Below are positions 1-8,289 of a DNA stretch of 26,965 nt, in pieces. Every line of letters starts with the position of its first letter. The stretch's first letter is position 1. A program made the translations under genes and the position numbers. This DNA is from a virus (Duplodnaviria > Caudoviricetes), in IMG/VR virus record IMGVR_UViG_3300017720_000053, positions 1 to 26,965 of that record; one strand, written 5' to 3'. The notes below the pieces were generated by a model. That model searched no databases. It was not told the origin of the DNA and was given only the letters and a program-made list of their open reading frames with translations.

Positions 1-97
1 AAGTAATAATGAAAGATGATATTACTGTTACTATAATTGATAATAATCCAATTGCTAATTTAGGTTTAATAAAAAGAGATTCATTTGAAATATTTGG

Positions 98-1567
98 TTA
101 TAGTCCTTCTGGTTCTTCTAATTGGCTATCTGCTGTTTGAAAAAATTGGGGTTTGATTAAACATACTTTAGGGTCTAATGAAATTAAATTTGGATATGAA
201 TTACAAATATTAGATTCTTCTTGATAATCAAAATCTAATTGTACTTCTGGGTTTGATTTCATTATTAAAGGAGCAATTTTTGTTTGAACTGCTTCCATTA
301 ATTTTCCTAAAGTCATATAATAATTAAAATTAGGTAAATCAATTGAAGGATAATTATCTGAATTTCTAGCCCATGATAAACCATCATAGTGTTCTCTAGA
401 ATGTTCCCATGAAAAATAAGGACCTTTTACACTTGCATTTACACCTTCACTGCTTCTATCTGCCCATTTAATATCTCTTACTTTTTGATACATAAAATAA
501 GAAATTTGGGAATCTCCAGCTGTACCTACAATAGCAGAATCTTCAATTTCACCAAGCCCTTTTGCACCTATACCAAAAAATCCTGATTGGCTATCTATAT
601 CATCTTCTTTTTGTTGGGCGGATAAAGCTAATACCTTATTTCTTGCACTAATAGATTCAATAACATCTCCTAAAGTTATTAAATCAATAGAAATATCATA
701 AGTTCCATCAGGATTAAAACTCCAATCAAAATTTGTTACTTTTCCAAAAAAACCATCATAATTATAGGAACACTTTCTTCTTTTGTCATTAATCTTTTGT
801 AGCATTGATTTTTGGGTTTCTTTTGCTGTCTTAAAAAATGCATCTTCTATTACTGTAGTACCTACTTTTTGTATATTACCTTCTCCATCTAAGTATTTAT
901 CAAACCCCCATTCTAACATCATTGTATAACCTAATCTTAGATATAATAACTCTATTAATTCAAATTGAAATTTATTATAAGCTTTTAAAGAAACTTTAGC
1001 TTTACGAATAGAACCCCTATTTATACATTCAACACTAGCCTCAATTAATCCAGGTGCTGGTGAAAGACCAAAATCTGAACCACCTAAACCATAAGAATTG
1101 TTTGAATTCCAAAGACTATTATTTTTAGTAACACCAGATCTTTGATTATATTTTAAAAATTTACCTCCTTCATCAAATACTGCTTCTGATAAAGTATTAA
1201 ATAAAATACATTTTTCTGCTAATTGGTTACCTACAAAATTTTCAGTATCTTGAAGACCTATATTTTTTAATCTTTGTATTCCATCTGGTATTCCATCTTT
1301 ATCAGCATCAATTGCTCCTGCTTCAAAAACTTTAGTTCCCTCAGCGGCATTAGTTCCAGCGGCTTGTGCTTGAAAATCTGCTTTAGTATTTTCACCAAGT
1401 ATATAAACAGAAGATGCTAGCTTTAACCAAGCATTTCTATTATTTAAAAATTGAATTTGTTGTGGGGTCCTTTTATTAAGGTATCCACTTCCATGTGTTT
1501 TTTGTCTATTTTGGATTTCTAAATAAACACCCTCTTCAAATTGTTCCCCAATTATATTTCCAGTCAT
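98..1567 (-). CDS. Putative baseplate hub / tail-associated structural protein (gp27-like fold inferred), possibly 3'-truncated
   Basis: 489-aa ORF directly after the LysM wedge gene at the end of the tail module. Beta-rich blocks (PAPGLIEASV..GSIRKAKVSLKAY, LYLRLGYTMMLEWG, YDGFFGKVTNFDWSFNPDGTYDISIDL) resemble hub-type proteins of large myoviruses. Call is by position and recalled motifs. Confidence 0.55.
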   Translation of the reverse strand: MTGNIIGEQFEEGVYLEIQNRQKTHGSGYLNKRTPQQIQFLNNRNAWLKLASSVYILGENTKADFQAQAAGTNAAEGTKVFEAGAIDADKDGIPDGIQRLKNIGLQDTENFVGNQLAEKCILFNTLSEAVFDEGGKFLKYNQRSGVTKNNSLWNSNNSYGLGGSDFGLSPAPGLIEASVECINRGSIRKAKVSLKAYNKFQFELIELLYLRLGYTMMLEWGFDKYLDGEGNIQKVGTTVIEDAFFKTAKETQKSMLQKINDKRRKCSYNYDGFFGKVTNFDWSFNPDGTYDISIDLITLGDVIESISARNKVLALSAQQKEDDIDSQSGFFGIGAKGLGEIEDSAIVGTAGDSQISYFMYQKVRDIKWADRSSEGVNASVKGPYFSWEHSREHYDGLSWARNSDNYPSIDLPNFNYYMTLGKLMEAVQTKIAPLIMKSNPEVQLDFDYQEESNICNSYPNLISLDPKVCLIKPQFFQTADSQLEEPEGL

Positions 1568-1572
1568 AACTT

Positions 1573-1893
1573 TTATATTTCATTTAATTCATTATAACTA
1601 GATATGATAGATCCTACTTGAGATGGTATTCTTAATTGAATACCAGGGGTAATAAAATAAGAACCTTGGTTTAATGAATTATTAGCAATTGATATAATCC
1701 ACCATAAAGATGAATCACCATAATATTGTTGAGCTAGTTGATCAAATCTATCTCCTATTTCAGCATAAACATAAGTATCTTCATAATTTAAAGGAACATT
1801 AGGATATTTAGTTGTACCATAATATCTTTTGCCTTTTAAAGTTTTATATTCATTACTTTTTTTAAATACGGGAATATTAGTATATCTAGCCAT
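1573..1893 (-). CDS. LysM-like baseplate wedge protein (T4 gp53 / P2 gpX-like)
   Basis: Motif GDRFDQLAQQYYGDSSLWWIISIAN...PGIQLRIP is typical of the phage tail X/LysM family. Coupled to the upstream gene by a TAATG overlap at 1893. Confidence 0.8.
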   Translation of the reverse strand: MARYTNIPVFKKSNEYKTLKGKRYYGTTKYPNVPLNYEDTYVYAEIGDRFDQLAQQYYGDSSLWWIISIANNSLNQGSYFITPGIQLRIPSQVGSIISSYNELNEI

Positions 1894-3950
1894 TATGTAG
1901 TATCTTGTGGTTTTTGAGGAACATAATTGTTTTTATCGTAATTATTATTACGTCCATTATTTAATGATATATATCTTTCTTTTCCATAATTTGAAATAAA
2001 GTTTCCATCAGCACCTAAATAATCTGTTTGTTTAAAAGAATTTTGTTGTATTCTAGGTACAAAATCATGTATTGGTACAAAGTTAAACCCAGACACTTTT
2101 ATAATCATAGGTAATTCTTTAACTGTTGGGTCTGAACCTCCCTCATCATTGATACTAATATCCCAAGGTGAATCATCAGGCACATCTAAAGACATACCAG
2201 TTATTAATCCAGGTTGTTCATAAAACCAACCACCCATTGTTAATGTAATAAGATTTCCTTGCATATACCCGGCATCTGAATAATCTGGTGCTAAAGATGA
2301 AGCTAAATAGTTTAACTTTTGATACATTGGAATTAATTCATTCTTAGATTGTGCAGCTACTGTCCATGCTAAAGAAACTGTTCTATCAAACCCTTGGTAT
2401 TTATAGTAATTTTCAGCTCTGCCCATAAATTTCTGAGTCATCCAATCAGCAGAATAACTATCACTCATACTGTCAATAAAAGCTCTAAAATGAATGTAAG
2501 TTTTATTATTTGGGTCATCATTATTTATTATACCAATTCTAAACTTAACTAAATCATTTTTAATACCAAAGCCATCATTACTATTACTTGAAATTACATT
2601 AGCTGAATTATATAAAGGTAAAGCATTTAATTTATCTAAGGGTTCAGATTTATTATTACCTGGTATTATTTTTCCTGCTGTATAACTTTTAATATTTCCT
2701 CTAGCAGATGGATTTCCTAAGTTTACTCTTTGTTCTATATTTTTTGTTACATAATCAGGTGAAGCTGGTATAATTGGGGAATCATTAATTAAAGTTTTCC
2801 TAAAATCAGGTTTAATTCCTGTTGCTGTTCTTTCCTGATTTTGTATGTCATAATAGTTTTCTATTTGTTGTTGATTAAATGCAGCAAAACCAAGAGAAAC
2901 TCCACTAGTACTACCTGATAGTATTAAATTATTGGGAGAAAAATAAACTGGTGCGGCTGAACCACTTTGATTTGTAACATTATTATTATAAACAGATCTA
3001 ACTCCAAATAAAGAATCTAAAGGATTAAATGAACCAGAAAGATTAATTACATTTTTGTCAATAAATTGAGTTAAACTAGTTAAACTTGGATTACTACCGA
3101 TATTTAAGGCTGATTGGGCTGCTTTTGCTAAAGGTGGTAAAGGAAACAAATCTGTAAATGAGCCAGTTAATTGAATGGTGTTTGGCAAAAAAGTTATAGT
3201 TCCAGTATTACCTTCTTGATTAATACCAGTTCTTTGGTCATTAAGCATATTAATTGTAGTTGTACCAACTCCTAAAGTTGATCCAGGACCACCTGTATAC
3301 TTATAAAGAATATTATCTCCTTGTTTCGAATTAATCTTAGGTAAAAATCCTAATAATCTACTTCTTTTACCATCAGGCCCTCCGTCTGTAATCTCAATAT
3401 AAGTTGGTAATGTTAATCCCTTAGGTTGAGTTTGAACATCACCAGGCTCTCCACCTAACATTGGATTAAATGGATTTAATCCTTGTTTATTTGGATGAAC
3501 GCCAACACCTGTTCCTACTACAGAAGCTATTGTTGATAAAGGAGTATAAATTCCTTGATTTAATGCTAAATTATCAGCAATAAATTGTCCGATAGCAGAT
3601 AAAGGATCACCAGATGGTGTATTATCAGGTTCATTTTTATATTTTATGTAACCTGTATTTGTATTTACATTTGAAAGGGAAAGTGCATTTTGTTTTGCAA
3701 TAAATAAAGGACCATTAGGACTACGAAAATCGAATAACATTTGTGTCATTCGAGATACGTCGTTAACAATAGCTTTAGGAAATAGTGTACCTCCTCTTAA
3801 TAAAAAATCTGGTCCTCCAGTTCGTCCTACATCTTGAAAACTAGAGGGAATATCTTTTACTATATAGGGTTGGTTACTATTACCACCACCAACTAAATCT
3901 TTACCAAACTTAATTGATTTTAAGTCCGTCCTAAGATCAACTAATCCCAT
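1893..3950 (-). CDS. Baseplate / tail-tube initiator-like protein (gp48/gp54-like C-terminal tube-fold domain with long low-complexity N-terminal region)
   Basis: 685 aa, lies between tape measure and LysM genes. C-terminal HFRAFIDSMSDSYSADW..MGRAENYYKYQGFDRTVSLAWTV...PGLITGMSL..P..SPW pattern resembles tube-initiator proteins. Confidence 0.6.
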   Translation of the reverse strand: MGLVDLRTDLKSIKFGKDLVGGGNSNQPYIVKDIPSSFQDVGRTGGPDFLLRGGTLFPKAIVNDVSRMTQMLFDFRSPNGPLFIAKQNALSLSNVNTNTGYIKYKNEPDNTPSGDPLSAIGQFIADNLALNQGIYTPLSTIASVVGTGVGVHPNKQGLNPFNPMLGGEPGDVQTQPKGLTLPTYIEITDGGPDGKRSRLLGFLPKINSKQGDNILYKYTGGPGSTLGVGTTTINMLNDQRTGINQEGNTGTITFLPNTIQLTGSFTDLFPLPPLAKAAQSALNIGSNPSLTSLTQFIDKNVINLSGSFNPLDSLFGVRSVYNNNVTNQSGSAAPVYFSPNNLILSGSTSGVSLGFAAFNQQQIENYYDIQNQERTATGIKPDFRKTLINDSPIIPASPDYVTKNIEQRVNLGNPSARGNIKSYTAGKIIPGNNKSEPLDKLNALPLYNSANVISSNSNDGFGIKNDLVKFRIGIINNDDPNNKTYIHFRAFIDSMSDSYSADWMTQKFMGRAENYYKYQGFDRTVSLAWTVAAQSKNELIPMYQKLNYLASSLAPDYSDAGYMQGNLITLTMGGWFYEQPGLITGMSLDVPDDSPWDISINDEGGSDPTVKELPMIIKVSGFNFVPIHDFVPRIQQNSFKQTDYLGADGNFISNYGKERYISLNNGRNNNYDKNNYVPQKPQDTT

Positions 3951-3953
3951 TTA

Positions 3954-4163
3954 TTACTCAGGTAAGTTATTCACGTACTTACTACTTTCTTTAATAGAAG
4001 CAGCTAACTGAGTAGGACTTGGTAAATTATTCATAAATGGTTTTCCATCTAATGAATATTCATTATGTAAAGTAGATAATGCTTGATCCACTATTGGTGG
4101 AGAATTACCATCTAAACCTGTTAGTGAAGATTCACCCGCTTTTAATTTATTTAATAGACTCAT
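3954..4163 (-). CDS. Small hypothetical protein in the tail module
   Basis: 69-aa ORF with ATG start and its own ATATTTATAA motif upstream (4179-4188). Fills the gap between tape measure and initiator genes. Confidence 0.7.
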   Translation of the reverse strand: MSLLNKLKAGESSLTGLDGNSPPIVDQALSTLHNEYSLDGKPFMNNLPSPTQLAASIKESSKYVNNLPE

Positions 4164-4178
4164 AATTAATTATTTTTA

Positions 4179-4188
4179 TTATAAATAT
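4179..4188 (-). promoter_or_regulatory. ATATTTATAA putative late promoter
   Basis: Exact intergenic copy upstream of ATG 4163. Confidence 0.7.
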
Positions 4189-4192
4189 TGTG

Positions 4193-6595
4193 TTATTGAA
4201 CTGAATATAAACCTACTGGTGATATTTGAGGTTTTTTATTATTTTGTTGTACTAATGTAGCTAATAAGGCATTTGTTTTACTATTATCATTCATTGCTAC
4301 TGTTCCTGCTGGTGAAGAAACAACATCATTACCCCTAGGAAATAAATTAGTTCCGGCAATAATAGTATCTTTGTTATTTAAAGAAATTGCACCTTCAGGT
4401 CCAAATAAAGTTCTATCACCATAACCTGGTCTTCTTGTTGGGGATGAAACCATATCATCTGCAGTAGCTAATCTTTTTAGCATACCCGCCCCTGCTAATG
4501 TAGCTGCAGTTGCTAAGGCAAACCCAGCTGGTCCCATAAATGAGAAATTTTTATAGGCATTACTTGCTATATCAACAATAGCAGTTGCAATCGATTTTGC
4601 AAACACAAGTCCTAAAATTGTAACAATACCACCTAATACTGGTAATATTAAAGTTAATCCATCTAACATTAATTTTACAGCAGCTGCAATACCATTAAAA
4701 ACAGGAAGTAAAATATTAACAACTGGTTCAACAATTTCCATTACTACACCTGCAATACCCATAAAAGAATCTAGTACTTTTTTAATTGTTTTTTCAAATC
4801 TTTCTGATACACTAGCTTGGTCTTCTAAAGTCGATAATCCATCTTTAGCAATTTCTTTTTGGGCTTGAGCTAAACCAACTTCTTCTATTCTTTTATCTAA
4901 TATAGCTTGCCTTCTTTCTGCTTCTTCTCCTGTTGCTCCCGCTAATTGTTCTTGAACAAATAAAGTTTGAGCAATATCTTCTCTACTCATTCCTAAAGAT
5001 TTAGCTAAAGCATCTTGTTGGATTCTATTCATTTTAGAAAATTCAGCTGATGATCCAACTTGTGTTGATATTTCTTTTGCTAAAGTTGCTAAATCATTAT
5101 CTAAAGCTGCTTGTCTTGCTTTTTCTAAATTAATATCTTTACCTAATAATAATTCAGCTTCTAATTCATTAGCAATAGAACTTTCAAAATCAAGTAAACT
5201 ATCGGCTATTGCTTCTACTTGATCTAATTCCATACCTAATGCCTTTGCTGAAGCAACAGCATCAGCAATTAAAGCTGGATTTTTCCCAAATGATAGAGTT
5301 GTTGCAGCTGAAACATTAGCTATATCTTTTAATAATTCTTTTTCATTAAGTAGTACACCATTTTGCATTGCTGAAACTTTAGCTTGAGCTAAAAATTCTC
5401 CTGTGTTTTCTTTTAAAGATTGTCCATTTGCTAAAGTTAATGATTGGATACCCATTAACTCTTCATTAGTAAAACCAGCTGCTTCTCTTAATTTAGTAAA
5501 CGTAATTAAATCTTCTTGATTCAACATTACATTAGTACCTAATGTTTTATTAATTTCTTGTAAGCTTTCTAATAACCCTTGAGAACTAACTAATGAACTT
5601 TTTAATTCACCAGAAGATAAACTTGCAAAAGATCTTTGTAAGTCTCTTGCTTCACCCACTGTCATATTTAAATTCTTAGCAACTTCACCCGATGTTTTAT
5701 CTAACATCGTTACTGTTTTTACAATAGCAGTAAAAACTGCAGCCGCAATATTAGCTGGTTTAAAGGCATTAAGTAATTGTGCACCTAATACTTTAGCACC
5801 TGCAGCCATACCAGCTAATCCACTACCAGTTTTCATAGTAGCTTCCTTAGCAGCCTCTAAAGCTTCTTCAGCATCTATAACATCACCAAGAAGGGGTATT
5901 TTAGAAATACCTTTTAAAACACCACCAAAAATTCCTAGCTTACTTTCTGCATCTTCAATTGCTTTCTTTTGTGCTAATCTTTTTTTATTTTCTTCTTCTA
6001 ATAATTTTAAGTTTTGTTCAGTAAATAAAGCTTGTTGTTGAGCAGTTGATAAACCTTCTACTTGTCTATCTAGAGTAGCATTTCTTGTTTTTAATTCTTT
6101 TTCAATTGATGATAATCTTTTTTCATCAAATTTTTCTCCTCCTTCAGCAGCTTCAAGAATAGCTTCTCTTTCCTTTTGCAACTTAGACATATTAGTTAAA
6201 GTTGCTTTTACATTAGCTACCTCTGCTCTTCCCTGTTTTCCAATATTAGTTCTAAGACTATTTTTTACTTTTTCAGCTTTAAGAATTGCTTCTTCATTTG
6301 CTAAAATTTGTTTATCTAAAGATTTAATATCATTTAAACCAGTTTTTTGGTTTAAAATTTCTTTGTTAATTTTTTTATTTACACTAAGGAGATTTGAATC
6401 AAATTGATTAACTTTAGATTTGATTCCAACAGATTCTTTTAAAACTTCAATTATACCTGAAGAAATACCAAGATCATCTTCTTTTACAGCATTACTCCTT
6501 TGACGAGCAGCAGTTAGTTCTTTTTCAAGTCTAATTTCTTCTTGTTTGGCAGCATTAATTTGGTCCTGCCTTTTTAATTCTTCTTTTGAAGCCAT
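4193..6595 (-). CDS. Tail tape measure protein
   Basis: 800 aa, A/L/E/K-rich helical sequence with hydrophobic Gly/Ala stretches. Directly follows the tail tube and chaperone genes. Confidence 0.8.
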   Translation of the reverse strand: MASKEELKRQDQINAAKQEEIRLEKELTAARQRSNAVKEDDLGISSGIIEVLKESVGIKSKVNQFDSNLLSVNKKINKEILNQKTGLNDIKSLDKQILANEEAILKAEKVKNSLRTNIGKQGRAEVANVKATLTNMSKLQKEREAILEAAEGGEKFDEKRLSSIEKELKTRNATLDRQVEGLSTAQQQALFTEQNLKLLEEENKKRLAQKKAIEDAESKLGIFGGVLKGISKIPLLGDVIDAEEALEAAKEATMKTGSGLAGMAAGAKVLGAQLLNAFKPANIAAAVFTAIVKTVTMLDKTSGEVAKNLNMTVGEARDLQRSFASLSSGELKSSLVSSQGLLESLQEINKTLGTNVMLNQEDLITFTKLREAAGFTNEELMGIQSLTLANGQSLKENTGEFLAQAKVSAMQNGVLLNEKELLKDIANVSAATTLSFGKNPALIADAVASAKALGMELDQVEAIADSLLDFESSIANELEAELLLGKDINLEKARQAALDNDLATLAKEISTQVGSSAEFSKMNRIQQDALAKSLGMSREDIAQTLFVQEQLAGATGEEAERRQAILDKRIEEVGLAQAQKEIAKDGLSTLEDQASVSERFEKTIKKVLDSFMGIAGVVMEIVEPVVNILLPVFNGIAAAVKLMLDGLTLILPVLGGIVTILGLVFAKSIATAIVDIASNAYKNFSFMGPAGFALATAATLAGAGMLKRLATADDMVSSPTRRPGYGDRTLFGPEGAISLNNKDTIIAGTNLFPRGNDVVSSPAGTVAMNDNSKTNALLATLVQQNNKKPQISPVGLYSVQ

Positions 6596-6607
6596 TAAGG
6601 TATTTTA

Positions 6608-6617
6608 TTATAAATAT
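6608..6617 (-). promoter_or_regulatory. ATATTTATAA putative late promoter
   Basis: Exact copy upstream of tape measure ATG 6595. Confidence 0.7.
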
Positions 6618-6619
6618 TA

Positions 6620-6953
6620 CTATTTAAAACTACTTTTACCTTTGAATTTTTTAAGGTTTTGTTCTGCGGTTTTGTATTGGTGGGAAGTTTTAGCAAATTC
6701 TGGGGCATTTACTTTACCATCTGAGGAAACTAATGTTTGTTTACCTTTACCCTCGGATGCTTCTTTTTGTTTTTTATTTTCTTCTTTATAGTAATTATCA
6801 ATTTCAGAAAATGTAAATTTTCTTAACCAAATCGGCATATTATAAATGGTTTCAAAGTCATAACCACCTTTACCGTGAAATAAAATATTATGGATTTGAG
6901 TAAATAAACTCTTCCTGACTAGGGGTGCTGCCTTAGGCGTCAGGCCAAAAAAA
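6620..6953 (-). CDS. gp51-like tail/baseplate assembly chaperone C-terminal part, probably reached by frameshift from the upstream gene
   Basis: LFTQIHNILFHGKGGYDFETIYNMPIWLRKF resembles T4 gp51-type motifs. The track start at 6994 is a TTG inside the upstream gene, and the only in-frame ATG falls inside the conserved motif. The frame overlaps the upstream ORF across a T7 run (6947-6953). Confidence 0.7.
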
Positions 6954-7661
6954 GTTAAGCCCAATGGGCACTGCGACCTCCTCCCCGCTATCAACTACAT
7001 AAGTTAAGTCAATATCTGGCTGTGTTTTTTTAACATGCTCTCTAAAAGCACGAGAATCACGAGCCAATAAATAATTATCTACAAATTCTCTAATATCTTT
7101 TTTTTCTTCATTTCCATCTATTGATAGAATCATATTTTTTAATCTAGTAGTTAATTCAGGAGATGAATCTTTATTAACTTTTTTTAACCCATTAATTTCT
7201 CTATCAATTGCTTTTTCATCTTTTCCAGTAAGTAATTTATAAGTTAATACTGAACTGTTAGAAGGTAAAGTATAAGAAAACTCATTTTTACCTTGTTCTA
7301 TAGAGGATTCATCAAATGGTTTATTTTCTAAAGTACTTAAATCAATAGTGTAATTACTATTACCTATTGTTACTTCATAATCTTTTCCATATCCTAAAAT
7401 TCTACATCCTACTAATAAAGCATTTTTATCACCTACTACTAAATCATCAATATTAATTTTTGAATTAATAATTAATGATTTTAATAATTTATCTAATACA
7501 ATACCTTTTTGGATATATGATTGATTAGTTAATATATCTTCTTGTTTAGCAGTCATATATTTCATTTCTACTTTCCCAGAAGATAATGGGTTTTCTTTTG
7601 GATATACTTTTCCTTTTGAAGGTAAGTCTATCTCTTCAGTGGGGAATTTAAAATCAGCCAT
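6933..7661 (-). CDS. gp26-like baseplate hub / tail assembly chaperone
   Basis: FPTEEIDLPSKGKVY..VEMKYMTAKQEDIL...DLVVGDKNALLV..RILGYG and C-terminal PIGLNFFWP match T4 gp26-like proteins. Lies between tube and tape measure genes. Confidence 0.75.
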   Translation of the reverse strand: MADFKFPTEEIDLPSKGKVYPKENPLSSGKVEMKYMTAKQEDILTNQSYIQKGIVLDKLLKSLIINSKINIDDLVVGDKNALLVGCRILGYGKDYEVTIGNSNYTIDLSTLENKPFDESSIEQGKNEFSYTLPSNSSVLTYKLLTGKDEKAIDREINGLKKVNKDSSPELTTRLKNMILSIDGNEEKKDIREFVDNYLLARDSRAFREHVKKTQPDIDLTYVVDSGEEVAVPIGLNFFWPDA

Positions 7662-7699
7662 AGTCTTTATTTAATAACGTTTGTTAATACATATCAATA

Positions 7700-7727
7700 T
7701 AAAAAAAAAGCTTGGCGGAGCCAAGCT
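7700..7727 (-). terminator. Rho-independent terminator after the tail tube gene
   Basis: Perfect 8-bp stem AGCTTGGC-gga-GCCAAGCT (7709-7727) followed on the minus strand by a long T run (A run at 7701-7709 on +). Confidence 0.85.
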
Positions 7728-7753
7728 ATTTTTAATATTTCTTTAAACTTGTA

Positions 7754-8242
7754 TTAGAAGTTTAAGATACAATAATCAGGTTGTACGGTTAATGATAATT
7801 CTTGCGCAGCATTTTCATTATCCCAGTTATAATCACCAAATCCAGCTTCTGTAATTAAAGCTCCTTTAATAATCCATTCAGAAACAATATCACCTACTGG
7901 TCCTAATACATTAAATGTAAGATCTTTTTTATAAAAATCACTGTATCCATCTCTACCAGTTACTGATTCGTGATGTAATCTAACCCATTCCATTACCGCT
8001 TGAGCTCCTGACGGTGTAATAGGATCAAATAATGTCATTGAAACTGTATTCCAAAGAGTTTTTCCTTTTACGTATCTTGCAACGTTGATGTGGTTTAATT
8101 GAACTGTACCTTGTGTTAGTGAAACAGCTCCAACTCCTTTAATCTGGTAAGAAGGAATTCCATCAACATATAAGATAAATCTATTTTGTTGCTTTGGCTC
8201 AAAAGCTGTGTAAAATATTTCGTTTGGGTCTAATATTGCCAT
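7754..8242 (-). CDS. gp19: Tail tube protein (T4 gp19-like)
   Basis: 162 aa; FEPKQQNRFIL, KGKTLWNTVSMTLFDPI, VMEWVR, YKKDL..LGPVGDIVSEWIIKGA, L.VQPDY. Directly follows the sheath gene. Confidence 0.88.
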   Translation of the reverse strand: MAILDPNEIFYTAFEPKQQNRFILYVDGIPSYQIKGVGAVSLTQGTVQLNHINVARYVKGKTLWNTVSMTLFDPITPSGAQAVMEWVRLHHESVTGRDGYSDFYKKDLTFNVLGPVGDIVSEWIIKGALITEAGFGDYNWDNENAAQELSLTVQPDYCILNF

Positions 8243-8264
8243 TTTATCTAATTATTTATTCTTG

Positions 8265-8274
8265 TTATAAATAT
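8265..8274 (-). promoter_or_regulatory. ATATTTATAA putative late promoter
   Basis: Exact copy upstream of tail tube ATG 8242. Confidence 0.7.
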
Positions 8275-8289
8275 TCTATTTTTATTTTT

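Noticed and set aside
6954-6994. Independent TTG start for the 124-aa ORF
   Set aside because: The N-terminus MIAGRRSQCPLG is just the alternative frame of the gp26-like tail, and the SD-like sequence lies downstream of this TTG. Frameshift entry fits better.
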